IMG/VR virus record: IMGVR_UViG_3300050147_000079
Source: a virus
DNA: 64,000 bases
Strand: one strand, 5' to 3'
This document shows, in pieces, positions 39,822-49,276 of the stretch; the first letter of the stretch is position 1, and every line of letters starts with the position of its first letter. The position numbers and the translations under genes are program-made. Below the pieces are notes generated by a model. The model was not told where the DNA came from and did no database searches. It saw nothing but the letters and a program-made list of their open reading frames with translations.

Positions 39822-40235
39822 CTACTCAGCCAACATCGTCCCGCGACATTTGGGAGATCCGCAATGACACAACTGCAAATCACCAGGCTCCGCATTCAGC
39901 AAGTTGTACTCGATGTACACCTCTTCTCCAGCCAGAATTTGTCGTCTGGCACGAAAGATGATTGCCAACTGACCGCCACGCGTCACTTCTTCGCTGTGTG
40001 CGTTAGGATCGCACGAATGGTTGCAGTACCGCAGGTCATTCTTCCCATCGATGTACAGCCCATTGGACAGCTGCCACAGATACACACAGTCACTTGAAGA
40101 GTGTGCGACTTGTTGTTGTGTCAACAGCGGCCCTGTGTAGTATCCGATCACATTGCCACGATTGATGTCTGCGACAGCAAACAATCCACGACCGTGAATC
40201 TTTGATCGTTTGACGACTACCTTCGATGTATTCAT
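39822..40235 (-). CDS. SET-domain protein with post-SET zinc motif
   Basis: SKIHGRGLFA, RYCNHSCDPNA, GEEVYIEY and CHCGSPKCRG motifs. Confidence 0.9.
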   Translation of the reverse strand: MNTSKVVVKRSKIHGRGLFAVADINRGNVIGYYTGPLLTQQQVAHSSSDCVYLWQLSNGLYIDGKNDLRYCNHSCDPNAHSEEVTRGGQLAIIFRARRQILAGEEVYIEYNLLNAEPGDLQLCHCGSPKCRGTMLAE

Positions 40236-40281
40236 CTTGATCCTCTTGAGTTGACGCTAAGAGGTGCCCCTGGGGCACCTC

Positions 40282-41322
40282 TTAGTACGTGAACATAGTG
40301 ATCAAAGATGCGATAATGACAAGAGCGATGGCAATCATGAACCAAGCGATGTCGCCACCATCCCACGAATTGTGTGTTTCGCTGATCTTCACGGAACGAC
40401 CGAAGATGTCACGCTTTTCCGAATCGTATTTGATGACGGTGCCGGTATAGCGCGCGGCAAAGTAACGGACGAATCCGAGACCAATAGCCAGAACGAGCAG
40501 ACTACCAAACACGTGAACAATGACGCCACCCATGTAGTTCCACACGATCAGAGCCATTGCCACCATACCCACAGGAGTCTTCACAAAGTCGTTGACAGCA
40601 ACCCCAACTTCCTTGGCTGCACCACCGATCATCTTGCCGATCCGCTCACCAACATTCAACCAAGCATCCGCTTTCTTGGCATTTTGCTCGCTGGCCGCGG
40701 CTTCAGCCACGATTTGAAGCGCGCCAGCATCCTTAACGGATGCTTTGTCCGCGACGGCCTTCAGCACTTCAGCCTTTTCAGCCTCTGACAGTTTGCTGAA
40801 GCCAGCTTGACGAACAGCGTCTGAATCGAGGCCTCCGGCGATCGCCGTGAGGCTTGCTGTGACCAGGATGAGAGACGTCAGGATGTTGCGGATGTTCATT
40901 TGGTAGTCCTTTGCCAAATTTCAATGTATGGGATCAGCTCGTTAGGTGTGTAATCCGCCAATGCGGCGTCATACTCAATCATGTCGTCTGCCACCACAGC
41001 GGCTTCGGACTTGATGAGCGCATCATAGCCGTTTTCTTTTGCGTTGTCAAGCGCTACAAAGACAAGCATTTTCAGATCAGGGTTCTCCATATAGCTTGAA
41101 CCCTTTCAATTTGCACTCTTCAAATGCTTGATCAACATTGGTTGCGTCCAATTGCACCTTGTTGTGCAAGCTGACAGTACACCAGCCAGTCAAGTGTGGG
41201 CGGAGATGCTGATTGCAGTACACCCAAACATTCTCTCCGAACACTTTCGTGTCTTCAGTCAGCTTCTCTTCCACTTTAGCCTCCAATGCCGCGGCTGAGC
41301 AGCATTTGACACACATCACCAA
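40282..41322 (-). CDS. Membrane protein (40282-40917) and two small hypothetical proteins (40896-41090, 41077-41322)
   Basis: Signal peptide and TM segments in 40282-40917; coupled ORFs. Confidence 0.6.
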
Positions 41323-42565
41323 CAGTCACACAGCGTTCAGCATCTTCGTCAGAGATTTCGATGCCGAAATCGTCCTCGAAGTACATCACCAGTTCAACCA
41401 GATCGAGAGAATCTGCGCCGAGGTCAGCCACGAACGCAGTGGCTTCATTGATTTGGCTAACGGGAACACCCATCATGTCGCTGGTGATGAAGCGTGCACG
41501 ATCCAAGAGCGGAGTGGGAATGATGTTGTTCGCAGCAGGAGCAGTGCCTAGTTGAATATCCGGAGTACCAGTGCCGTCACCGTACTTTTTCGGCAGCTTC
41601 TTGCGACCATCGTCGCGACCTTCGCGGTAACCTTGTTTGTACTCTTCAGAATCAGCCCACAAGTCTGCATTCACCGACTTACCGAACGCCTGCTTGCCAC
41701 GACCATCCTTGTAACCAGCTTGGTAGCCGGTCTTGAACGCTTGAGTGGCACTTGCGTTCGTTTGTTCGGTCATCACCGGAGTGGTAATCACAGCTTCACG
41801 TTCGATCAGTTGGCGCGCTTCACCGTCCAGCTCACCAATCACCTCATACGAGCAGGTACGGCCCTTGGCGAAGTTGTAGTCAGTCGGAATTGCAGTGATG
41901 TGTGCGGGGTTGATCTTCAGGATCAGCACACGGCCCTCGCCGTTGTAGTAGTGGGGCAGGTAGGCGTGCGAACAGAAGTGCAGACCAGACGAACACGTGT
42001 TCTCGTTGGCTTGGTCACACTGCTCCCGGGCAATCGACGTAACTTGACCGATCGCATGTTTGGTTGCTCCATCGTAGAACGACAGGTAATCGCTGCGGAC
42101 GCGTTTGTATGCGATCAGGCAGCCATCTTCTGTGATCGTGACGTTGTTCGCTTGCATCCAACCATACACCGCCTGAATCGTCTTCGGGTTCGGATTCTGG
42201 TACAGGTTGCCCAGGAAGTTCGACATTGGTTCCACATCGAAGCCGTCACGCATCATTGCGATCATGTGATCGACGGCGGTGTTGTGGATCGGCTGACCAC
42301 GGAAGTAGACAGCAGCAGCTTCCGTGTCCACAGTGATCAGACCGTTGGCCATCTTGGAGAGTGCCAAGGACACGTTGATTAGGTCAGGGATGTCTGCCCA
42401 TTGCTTGGCGCGGACCTTGTCCAGCACCAATGCGAAGTTCGGATGTTGATCGTTCAGTGTGAACTGCTTGCCGTTGATCACCAGGGCAGCCCCGTCACGA
42501 GTCAGAATGTAACTGTTCATTATGTCGTTACCTTTTTCAAAAATGAATGGGGTAAGTATATCCAC
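41276..42565 (-). CDS. rIIB: rIIB-like protein fused to a C-terminal acyl carrier protein domain
   Basis: rIIB motifs (NLxx[24 protein letters not shown]); last ~75 aa have the ACP motif [33 protein letters not shown]; directly downstream of rIIA. Confidence 0.85.
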   Translation of the reverse strand: MDILTPFIFEKGNDIMNSYILTRDGAALVINGKQFTLNDQHPNFALVLDKVRAKQWADIPDLINVSLALSKMANGLITVDTEAAAVYFRGQPIHNTAVDHMIAMMRDGFDVEPMSNFLGNLYQNPNPKTIQAVYGWMQANNVTITEDGCLIAYKRVRSDYLSFYDGATKHAIGQVTSIAREQCDQANENTCSSGLHFCSHAYLPHYYNGEGRVLILKINPAHITAIPTDYNFAKGRTCSYEVIGELDGEARQLIEREAVITTPVMTEQTNASATQAFKTGYQAGYKDGRGKQAFGKSVNADLWADSEEYKQGYREGRDDGRKKLPKKYGDGTGTPDIQLGTAPAANNIIPTPLLDRARFITSDMMGVPVSQINEATAFVADLGADSLDLVELVMYFEDDFGIEISDEDAERCVTVGDVCQMLLSRGIGG

Positions 42566-42579
42566 TTACCCATGATCGA

Positions 42580-44874
42580 TCAACCGTCAATCGCGTTAAC
42601 GTACTTGATGATCTTCCGGATCTGCATATCGTCAGCATATTTGAAGTTGACGAACGTGAGCATTGGATAGTGGTCAACCACGCTCTGCCACTTACTGGTT
42701 AGGGTGACGTGACGCATCACACGATCACCATCTGCAATCCTCAACTGTGCAATCACTTGGCGAATGTGCTCAGCGGGGTGATTGACAGTCGCGTCGCCAG
42801 CAAGCTGAACAATCTCAGCCATGAGTTCTTTGAACGGACCATCTTGCAACCCTGTGCTCAGACTGTCCCAGTTCTTGACCATGTAGTTGATCAGAGGGCG
42901 ACCAAGTTGGTCAGAAACAGAGTCCACGATGTTCTTAGCGAACAGCCGATCGTCAACGTTGGCGTCGTCAAATGCATCTCGGACGTACGTATACACGTCT
43001 ACCCACTCTGCATCATCTTGAATCTTCTTCAGGTCTTTGTCGTTGAGTCCATACAACTTTTGGTCGACTGAGACTAGACCGAGAGCCCGTGCAGATTCCC
43101 ACAACTCATGGATACCGTTGAACTCATAACCATCCTTCTGAGCAGCGTACCGAACAATCGGTACATAAATGCCACCGTCTTCGAAGTCGATCACTTCCGT
43201 GTCCCACGTATTGCGACTGAACTTGCGATGGAGACCAGTCTCACGGCCGTAGTAGTTGTGCTTCTTGGTGAACCCAGTCCACACGTACACTTCGCCTGGC
43301 TCACGCTTGGTGTACGTACGGCTACTACGAACCGTCACAACTTGAGGCAGTTCGGAAACGTAGGTGAGATCGATCCCTTCAAATTGGTCAACAACAAGTT
43401 GGGCTTGCTTGTCATCTACAGGGCCACGCTTGGTGTGTGAACCGATCAGCAGTGCTTGTGCACGCTTGCCATTCACCTCGCCCTGCTTGATCAGATACTC
43501 AGTAACGCGCTTGGACACGTTGCCAGAGCCAACATCGTCGACGATCAGATGCAGGTTGGCGTGAACACTGAACTCCATCTTTTTGGTGAGATTGCTCGGA
43601 TCCCAAACACCCAGAGTGTGTTGTTTGTAGCCACTTCTACGTGTACGCTCGAGGCCCATCCGCACAAGACGGACTTCAGTCAATTTGCTGAGGTCCAGAG
43701 TCAGTTCATCAGGAACCACGCGGTCGTTGTACTGAAACGGGGCAGTATCCTGCATCTTTTTGAAGATGTCGGAGAAGGTGCCTTTGCGGAATGTATACTG
43801 CTGACGCAGCATCATCGCCTCCCACATATTCTTGCATTTGTCAAATTCGGACTGGAACGACGAACGCATTTCTTGGGCGGCCTGCTGCAGGTGGTTGATC
43901 AGGTTGGTCACCGTTGCTGGCACGTACGACAGCGATTCACGGGATGCAGCAACCTCAACCTTGCCGATTGGCACATACAGATCGAGGTCGGTATTTGCCA
44001 GCAGGGCAGCTTCATCTTTGAGACCATACTGCTGCAGTTGGTAGGTGTCGATAGGATACGACACAAAGCCCTGCACCACGTGCGGGCCATTCATGTCCGC
44101 ATAGTAGTCAGTGGAGCGAATGCGCCACGAATCGCCCGTCACAGTATGAACCAGCGAGTATGGAGAGAATCCGTACGGGCCGATCACCACCGGTTTCGGA
44201 TCGAAGTACATCAGCGCTTTCCGCGCTGCATCAACAAACTTGTCGGAATCGGACGGACGAACGGAAAGGGAAACGGTGACGCCGTTCGGATCTTCCGTCG
44301 GCTCAGTGCCCATCAGGGCAACGCTCGGCATTCCTTGTTCGTTCTTGAAGCACGTGTAGAGAGATCGGATCCCTTGGTGACGCGACTCAACCATGAACGA
44401 CGTGGTGTAGCTGAACGGAGACTTGCTACCGAGACCCAGTTGGCCGATGAAGTCGTTACTTGAGGTTTTGGTCGACTCGAAGTACGTGTTGTAGATGCCA
44501 CCCTTCTTCTCCCAGCCACCCATGCCGGAGATCAGACTTTGCTCGGCACCTTCTTCCAGGGACACTTTGGTGCCGTCATCGCGCAACCAATAGCCACGCA
44601 CGTCGAAGTCACTCAGGCCAGTGCCAAAGTCTTTGACGTAGAACGTGGGATCGAGCGTGGTCGGCAGACGAATTTCAATCGGCTGAGTGGTGCCTGCAGC
44701 AACGTGGCTGTCATGGGCGTTGCACGACAGCTCACGGATGATCGCCAGGATCTTGTTGGCATATAGACCACTCGACAGAATGTCAAACGCCTTTGCAGTG
44801 GCCTTGATCGTGAAACCAGCTTCTGCGCCAGTGTTTCCGCGTTCCAGATGGATGTCGTCTTGTGCAACGAGCAT
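42580..44874 (-). CDS. rIIA: rIIA-like protein (N-terminal GHKL ATPase)
   Basis: AFDILSSGLYANKILAIIRELSCNAHDSH, VKDFGTGL and IGQLGLGSKSPFSY motifs. Confidence 0.9.
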   Translation of the reverse strand: MLVAQDDIHLERGNTGAEAGFTIKATAKAFDILSSGLYANKILAIIRELSCNAHDSHVAAGTTQPIEIRLPTTLDPTFYVKDFGTGLSDFDVRGYWLRDDGTKVSLEEGAEQSLISGMGGWEKKGGIYNTYFESTKTSSNDFIGQLGLGSKSPFSYTTSFMVESRHQGIRSLYTCFKNEQGMPSVALMGTEPTEDPNGVTVSLSVRPSDSDKFVDAARKALMYFDPKPVVIGPYGFSPYSLVHTVTGDSWRIRSTDYYADMNGPHVVQGFVSYPIDTYQLQQYGLKDEAALLANTDLDLYVPIGKVEVAASRESLSYVPATVTNLINHLQQAAQEMRSSFQSEFDKCKNMWEAMMLRQQYTFRKGTFSDIFKKMQDTAPFQYNDRVVPDELTLDLSKLTEVRLVRMGLERTRRSGYKQHTLGVWDPSNLTKKMEFSVHANLHLIVDDVGSGNVSKRVTEYLIKQGEVNGKRAQALLIGSHTKRGPVDDKQAQLVVDQFEGIDLTYVSELPQVVTVRSSRTYTKREPGEVYVWTGFTKKHNYYGRETGLHRKFSRNTWDTEVIDFEDGGIYVPIVRYAAQKDGYEFNGIHELWESARALGLVSVDQKLYGLNDKDLKKIQDDAEWVDVYTYVRDAFDDANVDDRLFAKNIVDSVSDQLGRPLINYMVKNWDSLSTGLQDGPFKELMAEIVQLAGDATVNHPAEHIRQVIAQLRIADGDRVMRHVTLTSKWQSVVDHYPMLTFVNFKYADDMQIRKIIKYVNAIDG

Positions 44875-44903
44875 GTTGTATACCTATGTCAAAATTGAGG
44901 ATT

Positions 44904-45026
44904 TGGTGCGCCGGCGAGGATTCGAACCCCGAAACTCATTCAACCTGATCACACGTTCGGATTCCAGTCTAGCGGGGTGGTCTTTGCCCCGACTTCGTGG
45001 TGATGCGAGACCAATCGCACCAGCAC
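44904..45026 (-). ncRNA. 123-nt enlarged tRNA-like RNA with encoded CCA
   Basis: Acceptor GTGCTGG / CCGGCGC-A-CCA; T-arm CGGGG-TTCGAAT-CCTCG; D-like arm TGCGA-TTGGTC-TCGCA; middle segment about 70 nt with no standard anticodon arm. Confidence 0.65.
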
Positions 45027-45152
45027 TACTGCCCTATACTCCGTGTGAGTTTGCTGCTTCGTGTTTTACCCACAGTTAGCGGCTCTTTGTTTCCGCGCTG
45101 TGCTTGTTAAACTAACGGCACGAGGATACTGTCGTTGAGATCGCGTTGAAGA

Positions 45153-46100
45153 TCAACCGGGCAACATAACTCGGCTCTTAGGAAGCTTGTCGCCCAACAG
45201 TCGCCGAGCCTTGACCCACGGACACGCCGACGTATGATCTTCCAGATATCGATCTGCAAACCGACCGCTCAGCACACGACGACAGTGCACGCATGAGCCA
45301 TAATCATCGTCCGTAATTGGATCGTGTGGGGCTAGTTGAGTTAGCAGCTTCTTGGGAATCATGTCGGTTTTTCAGCAAATGCGGACGGTGCGGCCGGGTG
45401 GTACAGACTTTGGATCAATGGGAAACTGACAGCCCGTTTTCCATTCAATCGGAAACACAGTAGACTTAGCGTTCCATTTGCCAGCCTTCAGAGCTGGCAG
45501 CAGGACAGCCCGCTTCTTGCCTTCGTGGCTGATGCGGTAGCCCGGGCCATTCCACTTATTCCAGCAGTTTGGTTTTATCAGCTGCATTTGACGCAACACA
45601 CCGTACTTCAACGAGAACAGTGTCTCGGTGCGCGTGTTCCAGTAGTATCCAGGATACTTGATCGGAACGAACTCTGGAGGAATGATTTGCATATCAATCT
45701 TGGTTGAAGGTCTTAACGATCTTGGTAGGCACGCGTAGAATCACAGCTCCTACATAGTTTGAAGCGTATCCGCCGCAAGCAATCAGGTTCATGAAAGCAA
45801 CCCGGTCTCCAATGTTGAGGATGTTGCTAAAGCATCCTTATGTGCACGGGTAGACTTTACGTATTTCTGATTGTTACTCTATCCAATAGGTTAATCGGTT
45901 GGACGGACTTGGACCCACTATCCCAATCGATGAACACGAACATTTTATCAGGGTCAGGATTTCCGTGTCGATCCCAGTGCGTGCATTGCTTACCACTCAC
46001 TACACCCCACACGCCAGTAGCGTCTGAGACGACGTGCGTTCCAGGCAACACGTCTTCGTAGTCCAGTTCCGAAACCTTCATATCATCCTTCCCTGGGAGC
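45153..46100 (-). CDS. Small hypothetical proteins (45153-45362, 45372-45692, 45857 to about 46085)
   Basis: Coupled minus-strand ORFs. Confidence 0.55.
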
Positions 46101-47027
46101 ATGCACAACCGGGATGCCACTGAGGCGGCCAATGCTCGGACGAGCCAGATCAGAATGGTTCTTCATCCAATCCTGGACATACCACAGCTGGCCACAGCCA
46201 CCACCAATGTCGTCTTGACCAGCAGGGTCAAAACACCGCACACTGAAACCACGTTCCAGCAAGAGGGACATGAAGTTGGTTGCGAGTTCGCGCTGGCGGC
46301 GATTGGCAGCGGCGATGCTTTCGTCGCGTTCACAGATCACGCTGACCGTGGCTTGCCACCAACGCGGATCGAACAGCTCAAGCAGTCGATCTGCATCAGC
46401 CTCGCTGGTATTCCCTTCGTGAGCGCAGTAGTTGAAGAATGCTTGTCGACCAACGTTGGTCGACCACACCGTACCCACTGTGGACAGTTGTTTCAGCGAC
46501 AACTTGTTCTCAAACGGAATCAGTTTGTTGCGAGCCTCATCAGTGCTCTCGTGAACAGAGAACTGCAAGCCGATCGTGGGGATCTCTTGCGACAGTTCGA
46601 TCAGCCACGAGTACGAAACAGCAGGACCGCTGGTGCTGATCAGCAACGCAAAATTCGGATACAGCTGATGCAACTTGCGCAGAGCACCCTCCAGACCATT
46701 CTTGTTCAGCATCGGCTCGCCCATGCTCATGAACATGATCTGACCCTTCTTCACTTGGGCAGGGTCGATGTTGCGATCGGTGAACAGATACTGCACCTGA
46801 GCCACAATTTCGTCAGCAGTGAGGCTGCGAACGAAATTGTCGCCTGCTCCGCAGAATCGGCAGCCAACCGGACAGCCGCTTTGTGTGGAACAACAGATCA
46901 CCGTACGTTCTTCGTACGTCGGATATTTGTACAGTACCGATTCGGCAACAGCGTTGCCGAAATCGTACACATACTTGCTGACATTCTCATCAGACGAATC
47001 AACTCGCTTTACTTGCATTTGAGTCAC
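46083..47027 (-). CDS. RlmN/Cfr-family radical SAM RNA methyltransferase-like protein
   Basis: CCSTQSGCPVGCRFC (CxxxCxxC), MSMGEP, SVHE and C-terminal GxDIGGGCGQL with the conserved Cys. Confidence 0.8.
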   Translation of the reverse strand: MTQMQVKRVDSSDENVSKYVYDFGNAVAESVLYKYPTYEERTVICCSTQSGCPVGCRFCGAGDNFVRSLTADEIVAQVQYLFTDRNIDPAQVKKGQIMFMSMGEPMLNKNGLEGALRKLHQLYPNFALLISTSGPAVSYSWLIELSQEIPTIGLQFSVHESTDEARNKLIPFENKLSLKQLSTVGTVWSTNVGRQAFFNYCAHEGNTSEADADRLLELFDPRWWQATVSVICERDESIAAANRRQRELATNFMSLLLERGFSVRCFDPAGQDDIGGGCGQLWYVQDWMKNHSDLARPSIGRLSGIPVVHAPREG

Positions 47028-48011
47028 TCCAGTGCGGTTTGAGCACGATTGATCTTCTCGTGCAGTTGAAGGATTTCATCTTGGTATTCACGAATCTGCC
47101 GATCTTTGGCAGCCAGAGCCATGCAAATTGCATGCTGAACTTCTGTGGAGGTGATCAGCTCCCATTTGTTCATGAATACGTACTGAGGTTGTACTGCAGG
47201 GGCAACGGGCTTGGGTACGACCGGCGGAGACGGTTCGTAGCAGTAGTTGTCGTCGTAGTCGTTGTCCCGACGCGTTCCATTGCGGTTGTAATAGTGGGAG
47301 CTGTGCACACCAGCACTATTATACCCATCAATGTCAAAGTCGTCCAGGTCATCGAATACCACAGTTACTCTCCAACAGATTCCTGGTCGGCGATGCTCAC
47401 GAGAAGTTGCACAGCCTGCTCATAGAACGGTGATGCCTTCCCCTCAGCGCAACGCGCTTCCACGTGAGACAAGAACATCTGCTCCCACGTGCTACCAGGG
47501 TGGAGGAGCAACCCTCCACCTTCGCGGAAATCGTGTTCCTCCAGCCCAGTAATAGTAGAGCCGGTATGATGCACCACAAACCAGATGTGGTGCCCAAGTT
47601 TGAGCGTTGTGGTGCTACTCATACTCACTCTCCAAATTTTTCTTTGAGCTTCAGGAACACAGCGTAGTCGGGATCGGTTTCGCGCATGTGCTTCTGCTTG
47701 CGGCTGGTCCATTGCTCCGGGATGGACAATCGGATGCCTGCCAAGTAAACTTCAACTTGGTCTTCCAGCTGACTGGCACCTCCGTCATGCATCGCACCAC
47801 CAAATGCAGCGTTGGACCGGGCGATCTGTGCTTGCTTCAGCAAGAACTTCAGGAAACTGTTGATATCATCCGTCATCGCAGTGGATTCGATCACTGCCAG
47901 AAGCTGCAGACCACGCTTTTCAAGCGCAGTTGGATCGTGGGGTGTAGCGGAAATGCGACGTTCGATCATGGATATCTCCTCAAGATAGGGAATGCTGTAA
48001 TCATACCGCAA
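47024..48011 (-). CDS. Hypothetical proteins (47024-47362, 47365 to about 47625, 47625-48011)
   Basis: Coupled ORFs. Confidence 0.55.
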
Positions 48012-48035
48012 AACCCTAAAAAAGCAACAGGAACA

Positions 48036-48059
48036 AAAAGAGCCCCGAAGGGCTCTTTT
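48036..48059 (-). terminator. Intrinsic terminator with UUCG loop
   Basis: AAAAGAGCCC-CGAA-GGGCTCTTTT followed by a T-run on the minus strand. Confidence 0.8.
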
Positions 48060-49135
48060 CAGCTGATGTGCCCAAAAAACGCGGCGTTGGGGTCGGAGAA
48101 CGCGCTCAGCTTGGGCGCGGACAGACGAGCAGCGGCTGCACCGAAGTTGTCCTCACGATCGAACAACAGTCCGTTGGCGAACCGGTCGAGAGCGTTGTCC
48201 GAGCTCTTCTTCGAGTCGGCGCTGTGCGTACGCACTTCCGTGGCGATGTTGTACGCATCAAATGCGGTCAGGTGAGAGGGCAGTTGGGCAGCCAGGGTCT
48301 TGTCGCCAAACACGCCGTCCTTGTACACGCCGTTCAGATGGGCCTTCGGGGACACGACAGCCAGCAGGTTCAGCAACATTTCACGCTCGTTCTGTGACTT
48401 GGTACCAGCGCTGTGCAACCGGTCGAACACGTGCTGTTCCAGCAGCAGGCAGTCGCCAACCGAAGCACGTTCCGTGCCCATCGCTTGCACGCGGTCGATC
48501 ACGACGCTGGACACCTTGTTCTGGATCTGACGCGAAGCGATGTCCAAGTGTTCCTCCCAGCGGTTGACCAACGGGATCTTGCTGTTCAGGAAGCTGGTCA
48601 GGCCGATCGCACCGTTCGTGCAGATCAGGCGCACAAGGTCGTAGGCGCTGTTGATCGTCCTGACGTACGGATTCCACACGAACGACAGTTGCGACGTGAA
48701 GTCGCCACCTTCATCATAGCCAGGAACCTTGATGCCGTGGTCAGACCACACCTTGCGCAGGACGTAGTCACCGCCGACGTCGTCGTCAGCAGGGCGCTTG
48801 CGGCGGTGCAGGGCGCCGAGTTGGCTGCGTTCCTGGAAACCCAGGATGTCCATGAACTTGCCGACCGATTGGTCAGTGTGGATGAAGCCGTTGTACGAGC
48901 CGTCACGGAAGTCGACGAGTTTGTCGTCAATGAGGAAGTACGAGCCACCGGTGAGGCGTTCAGCGAGATCCTTCGGAGTCATCACGTCGAGGTGCTTGGA
49001 GACACGCGACTTGGGGCTGAAGCGGTGGGAGAACTTGCCGTCAATGATGATCTCGGCTTCGTGTTGCTTCTTGGCGTTGACGATGCCACGAACGTCGACG
49101 TGTGCACCACGCAGGAGGGTGAATTCTTGAGTCAT
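48059..49135 (-). CDS. DUF932/DUF945-like protein
   Basis: RLICTNG motif; 358 aa; strong codon bias. Confidence 0.5.
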   Translation of the reverse strand: MTQEFTLLRGAHVDVRGIVNAKKQHEAEIIIDGKFSHRFSPKSRVSKHLDVMTPKDLAERLTGGSYFLIDDKLVDFRDGSYNGFIHTDQSVGKFMDILGFQERSQLGALHRRKRPADDDVGGDYVLRKVWSDHGIKVPGYDEGGDFTSQLSFVWNPYVRTINSAYDLVRLICTNGAIGLTSFLNSKIPLVNRWEEHLDIASRQIQNKVSSVVIDRVQAMGTERASVGDCLLLEQHVFDRLHSAGTKSQNEREMLLNLLAVVSPKAHLNGVYKDGVFGDKTLAAQLPSHLTAFDAYNIATEVRTHSADSKKSSDNALDRFANGLLFDREDNFGAAAARLSAPKLSAFSDPNAAFFGHIS

Positions 49136-49276
49136 TTTTGTATCCTATCTGTCCGCAGACATTTAGTTGAGAGAGTGTTGAACTACATTGAAGTTCGCGA
49201 AACTGCGTTCCCCAATGCTTCGCATCATATCATGAACACGATGAGAAGTCAACAAGCATATTTACATCACACGCTT

